Source: Alloascoidea hylecoeti (Eukaryota). From it: 64,000 bases of DNA. The notes below the pieces were generated by a model that saw only the letters and a program-made list of their open reading frames with translations, did no database searches and was not told the origin of the DNA. Of the stretch, positions 36,757 to 49,453 are shown piece after piece. Position numbers and translations under genes: made by a program. The stretch is from positions 1,682,294 to 1,746,293 of the forward strand of contig BCKZ01000002.1 of assembly GCA_001600815.1 (NCBI GenBank), written 5' to 3'. The stretch's first letter is position 1. Each line of letters begins with the position of its first letter.

Positions 36757-38127
36757 TGAATTTGTATTTGTATTTGTAATACTTGAACTTCTATAATGTT
36801 TTAATAAACTTGAAGATTTTCTAAATGGAGATAATTCAGGTAAATCAGCAACAGTTGTATTAATCCGTTGTGAATATAATGATGAACCAATACTACTTTG
36901 CATTGATGATTTTGAAGTTGAATTAGATAATGATAATGATGGAACAGATTGTGTAATTTGATCATTATTTGATGATTGTTGTTGTAATTTATTTAAATAT
37001 TGACTTATGAATTGTGGTGGATGAGTATAAATTTGTGTATTTTTATTTGTTGTCGTTGTTGTAGTTGTTGTTGATGAAGAATTAGATGTTGTTGATGAAT
37101 TTGTAGATGATAAATTTTTAAATTTTGAATATGGAGATTGTGGAATTTGTATTTGATGGGTATCAATATTTATATAAGAATTTGAATTTGACATTGATAA
37201 TGATGAGTTTGAATTTAAGTTTAAGTTTGAATTATTATTAAACTTTTTATTATTAACTTTTTTAATACTTGTAGTTGATCTTGGTTGTAATATTTCATTA
37301 GTATTACTACTATTATTATTATTATTATTATCTTGTTGAGAAAAAGAAACAGATTTTTGATGAGAATATTGTAAGTTTGATTTTCTTCTTGGAGAACAAT
37401 TTGAAATTGATCTTGATAAATTAACTCTATTCTGAGAAGTATTATTCATATTAATATTCATGTTTGATGATGAAGTTGAATTTGTCGAAATTCTAGAAGA
37501 TTTATATTTTATTGAAGAAGTTCTTGTTATAGCCGAATTAATCTTACAAAAATTATGTTCGGATTCTAATTTTAGTTGATTTTTAATCGGTAATAAAAAA
37601 GTTGATAAACAATTATACAATTCATCCAGTTCGATTCTCAAATTCCAGTCAAGCAGTTGTAGTAACTGCCTTTCCATCAGGTTAACCTCGGATATCGAGA
37701 ACAGACCATTTGTATAAGAAGACCAATGTTTATTAATTGGGGAGGAATCGTTTAATTCTTTGGCAGACAGTATTAAACAGGCAAGGAAGATTCTGTGCAA
37801 AGAGCACGGGATTCCCCTCGCATGGGAGGGTAATTTGGATCTCAGACGGACCAGGTACACGACTGTGGACATGAGGGTGGGTGTTTGCACGTGCGACTGT
37901 CTGACCAGCCCGGCGACGAAGTCCGACAGGGACGGGATCTGGGGGAGGTTGCTGGGGGACTGTGGGGGCGACGGGTAGTCCGTGGGCAGGCTCACGCCCA
38001 GGGTGGTGGTGGAGTCCGGGCAGCTGAGGACGGTGTGGCAAGTGGACACAATGGCGTCCAGCATTTCTGTGGAAACGGGCGATTTGATGAAAACGTCCAG
38101 CGCAGCCTCGTCTGTTACTAAAACCAT
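36538..38127 (-). CDS. Pho85 cyclin, Pcl1/Pcl2 subfamily, with long S/N-rich tail
   Basis: SHVQTPTLMSTVVYLVRLRSKLP, HRIFLACLILSAKELNDSSPINKHW, EVNLMERQLLQLLDWNLRI. Confidence 0.92.
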
Positions 38128-38468
38128 TTTGGTGCTGTTGTGTTGACTAATAAATATAGAGAAGGTAAAAGGAAAAGGAAAACGAAAAAAAGAAATTTAA
38201 GTGGCTTCAAACGAAAATTAAACGAAAATTAAACAAAAATTAAACAAAAACCCCCTAATTGTGGAATTATAATATCCTCCGGCTCCGTTTATGCATGCGG
38301 TCACCTTTCGGTCACCTTTTTCCGCTTTGGTGTTCCGAGGTCTGGATCCGTCGATGCAAATGCACTCCATTACCGCTTTCGTCACAACACATCACTGAAT
38401 GATCTACTTTTTCGGATGATTCCATTCAATTTTAAAACATTTTAAACAAGCTCCCTAAATACTCTAAA

Positions 38469-40091
38469 CTACAACAAAAATACTAAAATCATACCAATCA
38501 AATAACCAACTATTCCAAATAAAATACTAGAAATATAAAACTTTTTCCAGTTTTTAAAATTCAAAAATAGGCCCAATAAAATTCTTCTAAAACATTTAAT
38601 TATAATAATAATTGAAAAAACTGTAAAATTTAAACAAATGATTTTCAAGTCATCATCACTATCTCCTTCGTCTTCCTCATCGCCATCATTTCTATTTTTA
38701 TTATATTTGGTTGTATAACTGATAAAATATAACGATAACAGCAAAGATGTTCCAATGTTTGAGAGTATTAATGATAAAAGATGTAATATCGGTAACAATG
38801 GGTTAATTCTTGAATATTTTAATGAATTAATTCCAAAATATACTCGATTATATTCTTGTTCATGATCATGATCATGATCATAATCATCCGATCTTGATTT
38901 GAAACTTGATGTTTGCGATAAAACTGGTATTAATGGATCCATTGTTGTTCCTGATTGTAATGAATTATTCTTCATATGTGTTTTTGATGTTGATAATAGA
39001 CGATTATTACTTGATATTGATCCATATCTCATACTATATAAAGAATCTGATTTGTAATTATATCTTACTGGTTCATGTTCATCTTCTTTGTGTTTATAAT
39101 GCTTATAATTATTATCATTATTAGATATTGATAATCCACTATAATAATCAAATGAATGAGAATTTTGAAATGTATCTTCTGTTGATACATATTCAATCAT
39201 TTTATACCAATCCCAACCAATTGACCATGGTATACTTGATCTTAATGATTTACTTGAACATATTTTTCTTAAATTTGGTCGTGGTTCTTCTTTATATGTT
39301 ATATAAATGATATTATTATTAATATAACATTCATTTTGATAAAATTCTTCAATATCATCATCATCATCTTCATCTTCATCTTCTATAATTTCATTAATAA
39401 TATTAGTTCCATCATTTGTATGAATTGTATCATTAGAATTGATACTCATTGATAATGAAACTTTTCTATGATTTTTGGAATTTTTAGAATTTGTTGGTAA
39501 AAATTGTAATAAAACAATTATTGATTCTGGTAAATACCATGATAAACCAAATAAATATGATATTTTCCAAACAAGCCACCAATTTGGAATTGGATCTTTA
39601 AATTCTCCAATTTGTGGATATGATACATTTAATATAACTGAAAATTTTAATGTTTCTTCAATTATAACAAATATTATAAATAAGGATTGTATTGAAATTA
39701 ATCCACCATTTTGATTACTATTTGAATTTGAATTTGAATTTGAATTTGAACTTGAACCTGTTGAATCATTACCATTTGAATTTGTATTGGAAGCAATCCC
39801 AACCGGTGTAAAAGAATTAAACGTAAAAACAATCAACGGTTTTAATAAGATATGAAATATTAAACTCCCAGAAATCGCCAGGATTAATACTCTATAAATT
39901 TCATCATTAAAAATATATTTATTATCATTATCATTATCATTATCATCATCTCTATCCCCATTATTTTGTATTGTACTTGTTAAATTATTAAAATTAAAAT
40001 CATTTGGTATTGTAAATAATGGAATTATAAATATAAAAATTATAAAAAACCATGATGGTAATAAATAATGAAAAAATTGATAATTCCTCAT
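38469..40091 (-). CDS. Uncharacterised multi-pass membrane protein
   Basis: 540-aa ORF with about 7 hydrophobic segments in N- and C-terminal clusters around a long hydrophilic loop; contains IIEETLKF. Confidence 0.7.
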   Translation of the reverse strand: MRNYQFFHYLLPSWFFIIFIFIIPLFTIPNDFNFNNLTSTIQNNGDRDDDNDNDNDNKYIFNDEIYRVLILAISGSLIFHILLKPLIVFTFNSFTPVGIASNTNSNGNDSTGSSSNSNSNSNSNSNQNGGLISIQSLFIIFVIIEETLKFSVILNVSYPQIGEFKDPIPNWWLVWKISYLFGLSWYLPESIIVLLQFLPTNSKNSKNHRKVSLSMSINSNDTIHTNDGTNIINEIIEDEDEDDDDDIEEFYQNECYINNNIIYITYKEEPRPNLRKICSSKSLRSSIPWSIGWDWYKMIEYVSTEDTFQNSHSFDYYSGLSISNNDNNYKHYKHKEDEHEPVRYNYKSDSLYSMRYGSISSNNRLLSTSKTHMKNNSLQSGTTMDPLIPVLSQTSSFKSRSDDYDHDHDHEQEYNRVYFGINSLKYSRINPLLPILHLLSLILSNIGTSLLLSLYFISYTTKYNKNRNDGDEEDEGDSDDDLKIICLNFTVFSIIIIIKCFRRILLGLFLNFKNWKKFYISSILFGIVGYLIGMILVFLL

Positions 40092-43000
40092 TTGCTTTTA
40101 TATAATTAATGATGTATAATGAATTGTTGATGATTAATGGGAATCATTAAACGTCAATGGTAAATGAGCAATAAACAAAAACAATAAGCAATTTTAAATA
40201 ACAACAAAAGAGCAAACAATGAACGGTGTATAGTTGAAATTGAAATTTAAATTGAGATTAAGATTGAGATTGAAAATAATATCAAATATCAAATTTCAAA
40301 TATTGTTGATTGTTAAAAAGATGAAAGAGGCAAATTTTTTACTTTTAAACAATTTATTAATATTGGTAGAAGTTTTTCCATTTATATAACCATCATTGTT
40401 TTTTAAATTATAATTAAGTTAACAGTAGCAATAATCAAAAATTAATCAAAACATTTCCTAAAATTGATGGAAAACTCAATTGCACGTGGTGTTTTTAATT
40501 ATGCCCTAGATTTTGTAATATTGTAATCCAATAACGTTTTTTAAATCATGTTTATTCCCAATTAATTTCAAGTCTAGAATGAAAAATGTCCTTTATTAGT
40601 TAAATAATTTAAATCTATGGCGCAGATTTTTATTTTTTTTTATTTTTATTTGTTATTAATACATTGTATATTATTAATGTTGGGGTAAAAAGGTACCGGT
40701 GGGTTGCCAATTGGGGTTGTGATTGAACTAAAAGCAATGTTAATCCATAAACTATATTTAAAATTAAAAACATTACACCATTTTGCTTGCGAATTATTTA
40801 TATTTTAATTATACAAACATGTGTATTTAGACCATAATTATACTATTATAAAATCATATAAACGTGTTGAAGCACTTGTAAATGAAATAGATATATCAGT
40901 TCTGTATTTGTATTTCAATTGCAAGTTAATTAAAGTTTATAAGTTCATTGGAGGGATTTTTCTAAAATGTTATGTCATTAATATATGTATGCGCGCACTT
41001 ATTATATTACTTTACAATTGTCGATTTTTAATATTATACATGGCCATGAATCATGAATGATCATGAGTTGATTTTTGATTTTTGATCTATAGTTTTTTAA
41101 CCCAATTTTTAAATGCCTCTCTGGGTTAATATTCTCTTTTTCTCATATAAGGTAAAGTTTCAGTATACTTGAACTTCACTAAGGTAAATTGTAAAATATT
41201 TGATATTTATTCAAACTTTCAAAGTCCATGAATGAGTGAAATAAAATATTGCATTTAAATATTCACATGAAAACAAACTGGAAATAATACTGTATTATTA
41301 ATTATAACCTTTGAGGTTGAAATTGGATGTGATGAAGTCACTATAGTCCAATGATGGTACACTTGATTTCATTATATTCGAAGACATTTATTCAGCCCAC
41401 AAATAACTAATCTAAATGAATGTTCTTATACCCATATAGTAGTTAGCAGCAAAAATTGTGTGGTTGTGATAATGTAGCCTATAAATCAATCATAGCTGTG
41501 GTGTTGCTTGAATTTGGTTTGATTATTATTGGTATCTACTCTCTATCTACTGTCGGCTACAATAGAAGCTATACCGGTAAATTATTTATTTTTACTATTA
41601 ATTATAAATGCGTTTATACTAGAACAGTTTTATGTGATTCGACCTGAGCACCATACCAATTTAATCATTTAATGGAAACTTTTGGAAAAATACAAAAGTG
41701 AAGCCAGAAACAATTCTTGTGTTCTTAGTATTCTTACAACATGATGATTGACATTTGTACAAGGCTACCAATGTACCTTAGGTTTGTGAGCTATTAACAT
41801 TAACAATAAACAATTTTAGTGGTGAATTTATATTATAGTTATAGAGCTACAAGTTTAAATTTTGTATATTTGCTTATCATTGGGTATTTAATTACAATCA
41901 TAATTGATTAATTAATGGACATGGTCCAGTCAACTTTTATAATTAAGGGAAAAAATATTTAACGATATCGTTAATTGTCAATTTAGATTCTAGAATAGTT
42001 TGAATAGAATGGAAAATATATATATGTCAGATAAAAAATATTTCATTGATAGATATGAAAGAATCATAGAAGATTAGGTGTAGATAATTATCATTGACAG
42101 TGTCAAAAACAATCAAGAACTCATATATAATTAAAAATTGAATTCAACCATACATGTATTTGATATTTATAAAATAATCCACAATTATTGCAGTATCTTA
42201 CACTATAACCTAATAACTGTAGTATAATTGAATCTGATATATAATTCCATTTAACATTACAATTTCAAAAAATTGCACAATTTGAACCAGAATAATAGTT
42301 TTTAATTGTTTATTATAATAAATATAAATCATAACAATTGCAATTGGTAAAGTAACTAATTATAATGTTTATTCTTAAACTTATGGAAATTAAATATTTA
42401 TATTAAAAACTAGAATTATGTGAGCTGAAAAAAGAAATGAAGATATCAATGGACCCTCAAAAGCATCTAATCTCATGCTAGCTAGGTAATTATATCATAA
42501 TTCCTAAAGAATCCTCAAAGACTCAAATCTCAATGATTTTAATGCATGATTTAGTGTTTAAAAAACTACATAACATTAAAGCTTTCTATTTTGGTTGAGA
42601 GATTATAAAGGTTGAGAGATTTTAATGAAATTTAAAAAAATATATGCATGGGCTTAAATATAACTAAATCTGGAAGCTACATGAGATAAATTTATTGGGA
42701 AAAGCGATGCCGTAAAAGAATCACTGTTATGAAAAATCCAAATCCCTTCAAGATAAAATTTTCATATACAAATATCATACTGTAGCTATAGCTAAACATC
42801 ATCAGCTGGCCGACCATCAGGTTATCATAGGGTTATTTTGGATCAAGTGGCTGACTTTTTTTTTTTTATTTAGTTTAATATATGGGAAGAATCATGTGGC
42901 CGGCCAATGGAATTACGTTATATAAGATATGGCTATTCTAACAAATTATCTCTACTAAATTTAAACAACATCAAATGCTTTAAAAACAATTATTAGATTC

Positions 43001-43141
43001 TCCAATGTCTCACCTTAGATGATACTTTTTATATAAGCAAGAAATAAATTCGTTAAATTTTAAAAGATGTTTTAAAGTTATATACTCGTGGTTGCTTGAT
43101 ACTCTCGCATGTTATTACACAACTTACCATACAGTCTGAAT

Positions 43142-44905
43142 TCAAAGTAACCTCATTTCAAACGGCGAATTGCTTAAATTTTGGGTATCTGAATGTAAAA
43201 AAGATTTTAGATTCCTTAAATATTTTGTAGATTTTGTCTTGACTGGAATTTTAGGTGGTATTTCGGTTTCTTCGTACCCGCCTTTATGCATATGATCAAC
43301 AAGATGATAGAAATATCTATTTGTAACACATCTGACATTGAATTCATCATCTAGATACCAACTATCAATTTCTTTATCATCTGATGTTGGGATTGGTGCA
43401 TTATGACATTGAATGGTTTCATTTTGTAAATCAATTAAAATGTTAAATGAAAACTTTGAAACATAGTATTCATAAACAGCCATAATAAACCTTCCATTGT
43501 GTAATTCAGATACTTTGCACATTTTACACTCAACATTAGGTATTCCATAATCTGAGAACTTAACGAGTTGTATCCAGCTATTATTACCTTGAAAATGGGG
43601 CTTAAAGTTTTTTTGATTATCAACTTTGTAANTTAAATATTTGGATTTTATAGATGGGAAACGGGACACTATATCCACAATATTTTGGATCCATATTCCA
43701 TTAACAGCAAATAGAAAGATATGTGATTCATTAACAGCGATTTCAGCACCATTATATTCACAATCAGAGGATGTTAAAATTGGTTGCAATTTTAGAGATC
43801 CTAATTTAGTTCCATCAGATTTATTCAATACAACAAGTTGTATGTTATACGATATAAAAATAAAGCTATTATTGATTGCAGCAGAAATTTTAGTTTTCTT
43901 TCGTACTTGATCGAATTCCCAGCTCCATTTAGATTTGAAAAATTTATCAAATTTATAACAAGTTAGGCAAATATTTGAAATTACATAACAATAAGCTTCA
44001 TCAATTATAACTGGGAATCTGAATTTCAAATACCTTTCTCGCTGAAACCCATAATATTGATAGTACATGCGTGTAATGTCTGCATAAGCCATATTTTGTG
44101 CTTCCCTAGTTTGTATCTTTGTTGCACCTTTAACATTAAACTTCTTCCAGATCCTACGAACAGCGTAACTAATAGACCAAAGATCATCATATTCATAATA
44201 AGAACCAACGTGTATTCTGACCTTGCCATCTGAAAAATGTTTAAAAGATTCTCTATTCAATGCCAATACTATCTCATTTCTCAATGGATTTTCTATACCT
44301 AATGTTGATTGATCTAATATATAATAATTAAGAAAATAATGACATTGAGTATAATCCAAATTTTCTTCATCATAGACACTTCTGTGTAGAGTTATAAAAG
44401 ATTTAGGTTTGAAATTAAAAATTAAAGAAAACTTTGAACTCAAAGAAAAACAAGAATTTGGAATTTTGAATTGTTTCCTATTTGTATCCTTATTATAAAT
44501 CAATTCTGGTTCATTAACTATATTAGAATCAATGACGGGATTAATTGAAAATGTGAAAGAACCCTTAATCAATTTTCGTTCAATGATTCTTGCAACTTGG
44601 ACCTTATCTTGATAATATTTTAAGCTATCCGAATGATCAATTGAAGATTGCCCAAAAGGATAGGAAGCTGAGTCAAAAGATGAGTTAAATGTTAAATAGA
44701 GAGTTTTACAAGTCCTTGATAATATTGAATATTGGTGAAGTTCATAATTACGACCATAAACACAACCATTAATACCAACGATTATTAGTAAAATTTCAAG
44801 TGGGAGTGATGTTAAAGATTTCCCTTCTATGATACATGGTAATTCAGTTTGAAGACTACTACCGAAGTTGCTAGAGTTTTCATTACTATTATCAATATTT
44901 GACAT
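43142..44905 (-). CDS. Lineage-specific F-box protein
   Basis: SLTSLPLEILLIIV...LSRTCKTLY is F-box-like near the N-terminus. First ATG at 44905; one N at 43632. Confidence 0.7.
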   Translation of the reverse strand: MSNIDNSNENSSNFGSSLQTELPCIIEGKSLTSLPLEILLIIVGINGCVYGRNYELHQYSILSRTCKTLYLTFNSSFDSASYPFGQSSIDHSDSLKYYQDKVQVARIIERKLIKGSFTFSINPVIDSNIVNEPELIYNKDTNRKQFKIPNSCFSLSSKFSLIFNFKPKSFITLHRSVYDEENLDYTQCHYFLNYYILDQSTLGIENPLRNEIVLALNRESFKHFSDGKVRIHVGSYYEYDDLWSISYAVRRIWKKFNVKGATKIQTREAQNMAYADITRMYYQYYGFQRERYLKFRFPVIIDEAYCYVISNICLTCYKFDKFFKSKWSWEFDQVRKKTKISAAINNSFIFISYNIQLVVLNKSDGTKLGSLKLQPILTSSDCEYNGAEIAVNESHIFLFAVNGIWIQNIVDIVSRFPSIKSKYLXYKVDNQKNFKPHFQGNNSWIQLVKFSDYGIPNVECKMCKVSELHNGRFIMAVYEYYVSKFSFNILIDLQNETIQCHNAPIPTSDDKEIDSWYLDDEFNVRCVTNRYFYHLVDHMHKGGYEETEIPPKIPVKTKSTKYLRNLKSFLHSDTQNLSNSPFEMRLL

Positions 44906-46112
44906 TTTGGATGGCAATTGATATCTGGATTAGTTATAGTCAAAAAACAAAATATTGAATAAGGTCACCCCACACCTCATTGCATAATCTGTAATATTCT
45001 TTCAAATAAAACAGCTTCAAATTTAATTGGTTACAACCGGGTCGAGATATTCCTACGCTTTTCTTCGGGCATAACTCCAAAAAAAGTTGCAAGATCAAGA
45101 TCATAACATAACCAGCTACTGATGTTCTTAAAAACATTGCATCAGGTCACATAAATTCTAGTGATTATTATTCTATATGAAACTGCATCTTAAGTTTAGC
45201 ATCTAGTATTGGCGCCCTAAACGCCATAATTACAAAGGGCTGCTACTCTATGAAGCATTTAGTATTATGAACCCCAACCACTATATAGTATAGAGAAACC
45301 TACAAACAACTAGAGCTCTTTATGTTATAAGCATTTTAAAGTTCAAAGGGCCGAGCCCTGACTGTTGTCAAGCATATAATATGAATTCTCCGGATCCTCT
45401 AACATAGCTAACATTCGTTACTGGATAAAACACAAATTCAAAACTTATTAGATTAGTCCAGTTTATCTTTAGATTATTCTATTCTGTTCTTTTGGTTCTT
45501 ACTATTCATAAATGGACTTTTGATCTCTAGCATATTCAATATTCAAAACATTTTCAGAAGAATTAATTATAAAGTTCTCAAGGTGAATCAAAAGAAAAGT
45601 GTAAGTTTAATCTTGACCCAGCCTGTAACTTTCTCATTTGGTGAAACATCATGTAATATTGTTCGAAATTCAAAATTATCTTTTTTTATCAGAAGTATGG
45701 TTATATTAGTAGTAGACTATAGTAGTATTAATATAGTTTTATTTTAGAACTCTTGATACTAGCATTGACGTTATTCGTTTTTTGTTATTACAGCATTTCA
45801 CTCTTAACATAAATATTATTTTAAAGTATTAATCTTTAAGAGTTTAATTCAAAAAAGTAAAATAAGGGTAACTAGAATTCAGCAGGTATAGCTTCATTTT
45901 GACAGACTATTAGAAAACAAAGTTCAAATTGACATCTTTAATAATCTGAAAGGGATTTTCGTTTTCAATCGGTAATATGATCGCGGTGTGTGGGTTTTAT
46001 TATTCAAATGTGCTGTATGAAGGAAAATATGTTGTTCCTGTGTTAATGTGAATTTATAGTCGTCGTGCATAGATAATCTCAGATCAAACCATAATCATCA
46101 TTCTTTTTTTCC

Positions 46113-47605
46113 GATTACAGTTAATTCAGATATCAATTTCCATAATTATGAACTTCACCAATATTCAATATTATCAAGGACTTGTAAAACTCTCTATTTA
46201 ACATTTAACTCATCTTTTGACTCAGCTTCCTATCCTTTTGGGCAATCTTCAATTGATCATTCGGATAGCTTAAAATATTATCAAGATAAGGTCCAAGTTG
46301 CAAGAATCATTGAACGAAAATTGATTAAGGGTTCTTTCACATTTTCAATTAATCCCGTCATTGATTCTAATATAGTTAATGAACCAGAATTGATTTATAA
46401 TAAGGATACAAATAGGAAACAATTCAAAATTCCAAATTCTTGTTTTTCTTTGAGTTCAAAGTTTTCTTTAATTTTTAATTTCAAACCTAAATCTTTTATA
46501 ACTCTACACAGAAGTGTCTATGATGAAGAAAATTTGGATTATACTCAATGTCATTATTTTCTTAATTATTATATATTAGATCAATCAACATTAGGTATAG
46601 AAAATTCGTTGGGAAATGAGATAGTATTGTAATTGAATAGGAATTGGTGTCCTAAACCTTCAGATGGTATGGGAATAAGACACGCTAGAATCTATGATGA
46701 TTATGACGAATATTATGATGAATTGTAGATTAGTGATACTGCTCGTAAGATTTTGAATATGTTTATTGTTGCAATAAGGATCCCAGCCAAAGAAGCACAA
46801 AATATCTTTTATGTAGATCTTACACAGGTTCAATATTCTGGGGTCTCTCTGTTACAACAACTGAAAGTCGTCTTCTTAACAATAACAGATGATTATTGCT
46901 ATTTAATTTCAGATACCTGCATAACTTATTGTTATAGATTTGATAATTCTTGAAGATAAATGGACTTGGAATTTCGATTTTGTTAGATATCAACCAATTT
47001 CTGTTGCAATTAAAACTAACTTTATTTTTATAACATATGATATTCAACTTATTGTATTGAATAAATTTGTTGGAACTAAATTAGGATCTCTAAAATTGCA
47101 ATCAATTTTAACATCCTCTGATTGTGAATATAATGGTGCTGAAATCGCTGTTAATGAATCACATATCTTTCTATTTGCTGTTAATGGAATATGGATCCAA
47201 AATATTGTGGATATAGTGTCCCGTTTCCCATCTATAAAATCCAAATATTTAANTTACAAAGTTGATAATCAAAAAAACTTTAAGCCCCATTTTCAAGGTA
47301 ATAATAGCTGGATACAACTCGTTAAGTTCTCAGATTATGGAATACCTAATGTTGAGTGTAAAATGTGCAAAGTATCTGAATTACACAATGGAAGGTTTAT
47401 TATGGCTGTTTATGAATACTATGTTTCAAAGTTTTCATTTAACATTTTAATTGATTTACAAGATGAAACCATTCATAATGCACCAATCCCAACATCAGAT
47501 GATAGAAAAACTGATAGTTGGTATCTAGATGATGAATTCAATGTCAGATGTGTCACAAATAGATATTTCTATCATCTTGTTGATCATATGCATAAAGGCG
47601 GGTAA
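46113..47605 (+). pseudogene. Inverted pseudogene copy of the 43142-44905 F-box gene
   Basis: 46143-46605 mirrors 44750-44288 and about 47045-47604 mirrors 43840-43275, with a diverged middle. About 160 bp including the ATG and F-box start is deleted; stop at 46630-46632, further stops and a frameshift, truncated 3' end. Confidence 0.92.
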
Positions 47606-48724
47606 ACCATTATTTAAAATTTAACAAATATATTGCTTAGCTATGTGAGAGGTACGCATCTTAAATGAAACATAGGGCTAGGAGGATCTGGAAAAAAGAT
47701 TGTACAACAATTTGAAGCCGTTCAGCAGAGGTGATTTTCTGAATTCACGGTTGTTAGCGCAGTCACGGTACTGATTGCTAGGATGCATATATCAGATGTC
47801 AGTTCTAGATTTAAATTTCAATCGATAATATTTGATTTGGCAGTAAAATAGAGGTTTTATTTCATAAAATCTGACATTATGGCGTTTGGAAGGCGCCTCA
47901 CTGTTTTTATTTCCCACTTAGTTTTATAAAGAGAAGTATATACCGTATAAGAGACTCACTCGTTCGTATGGCACAAGCAACACAAGCGATGTTGTAAGCT
48001 AATTAGAGACATAGGAGCACAAGAAAGAATAAATTGAGGCTTTAAAGGTCTCTACAAGATCAGAGGAATTAAATTAACAGATAAACATCTACATTTCCTG
48101 TTAAAGTATGTAAAATCGTTGCTTTAAACACAAGAAAAGTATCTCCTAATAATATCCATTAATATTTGACAATCAATTATAATAAGTCAACGTTATGGAG
48201 ATCTTAGATGATTTGGAATTCGGAAAACCCGGATATTCCCTTGTGTATTAATCTATTAGACCAAATAATTCTTGGATAGAAACAAGGGGAAATTTGGGAG
48301 AAAACCAGTACTCTCAAAAGCGGTTTTTACAGATCCCCTAGGATAAGCGCTTAGTCTTATATAATTTTTTTTAACCGTTCATGCACGATAGGATTGCTGG
48401 TATCAAATCAAATTGAAATCGGATGAGTTTAAAAATCGATATATGCCTATTTTGATAAAAAGATATACTTCATCCATTATTTACATTCATATTACAAAAA
48501 TTATCCAGAATAGCCACTATAACTCCTCAGATAACAAATTATGATGCCTAGAACATTGTTTAAGAGCGCTTATTGATCAAATTATTATTAAAGACCTTGT
48601 TGAACCAGTTACCCGAAAAGTCGCACGTTCTCTTGTCCACTTTTCAAGACTCAAAATTGCACATTCAACGTTGATGCGCATCCACATTACAATGAACATT
48701 GTATTAAATAAAATAAAAAAAACA

Positions 48725-48734
48725 GTCACGTGAC
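48725..48734. promoter_or_regulatory. GTCACGTGAC palindrome (Cbf1/CDEI-type consensus) just downstream of tRNA-His
   Basis: Perfect 10-bp palindrome matching RTCACRTG on both strands. Confidence 0.35.
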
Positions 48735-48763
48735 AGCAAGAGTTGCTTTAAAAAAAGAAAAAA

Positions 48764-48835
48764 TGCCGTTGCCCAGAATCGAACTGAGGTTTCATCGGCC
48801 ACAACGATGTGTACTGACCACTATACTACAACGGC
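48764..48835 (-). tRNA. tRNA-His(GTG)
   Basis: GCCGTTGTAGTATAGTGGTCAGTACACATCGTTGTGGCCGATGAAACCTCAGTTCGATTCTGGGCAACGGCA folds as a cloverleaf with GTG anticodon and A/B boxes, followed by a T-run terminator. Confidence 0.97.
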
Positions 48836-49453
48836 CAATTTACGGTTTAGAAAAAACGTCGATTGGAATCCGATCCCGGACCGAAGTAAAAACCTTAAAG
48901 TGAAAAATTGTTAAGATCGGGTTGCATGTTCTATACTAAAGAATCGGGTTAAATTATTGTAAAAGAAGTCATACAGATTGTTAAAATCAGACCATATTAT
49001 GTATTTATGCATATGTAGCAACAGTAAATTTATCATATGATTTAAACCAGTATATAAAACCACTATTCCTTATAATTAATATTACACTATTTAGACTTTT
49101 TTATTTTAAATTTTGAATTGCTTTTAAATATGAATTGTTAATAATGATATATAGAAGATGATAGAACAGACAATTGTATGAAGAAATGAATAGTGCTGAA
49201 AATTAAGATCAAGACAAATGAAGTATTTAATGAATGAGATGATTAGTCATGAATGAAAGAGTAAATAATAATATAATAATATCAATCATAATTGTATGTG
49301 TATATTTTTAAATCCAATTGTAATTGTAAAAGTAATCAATCAATCATACTGATTTCTCTCTATATATTTTTTAAATACTTCCTTTTTATAGTTTGTTGTT
49401 GGTGAAAAATTCGTAAGATTATTATGAAACCATTAATTATACAACTAATAGTG

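Noticed and set aside
37733..38121. Overlapping ORFs within the PCL gene
   Set aside because: By-product of stop-codon scarcity in the GC island.
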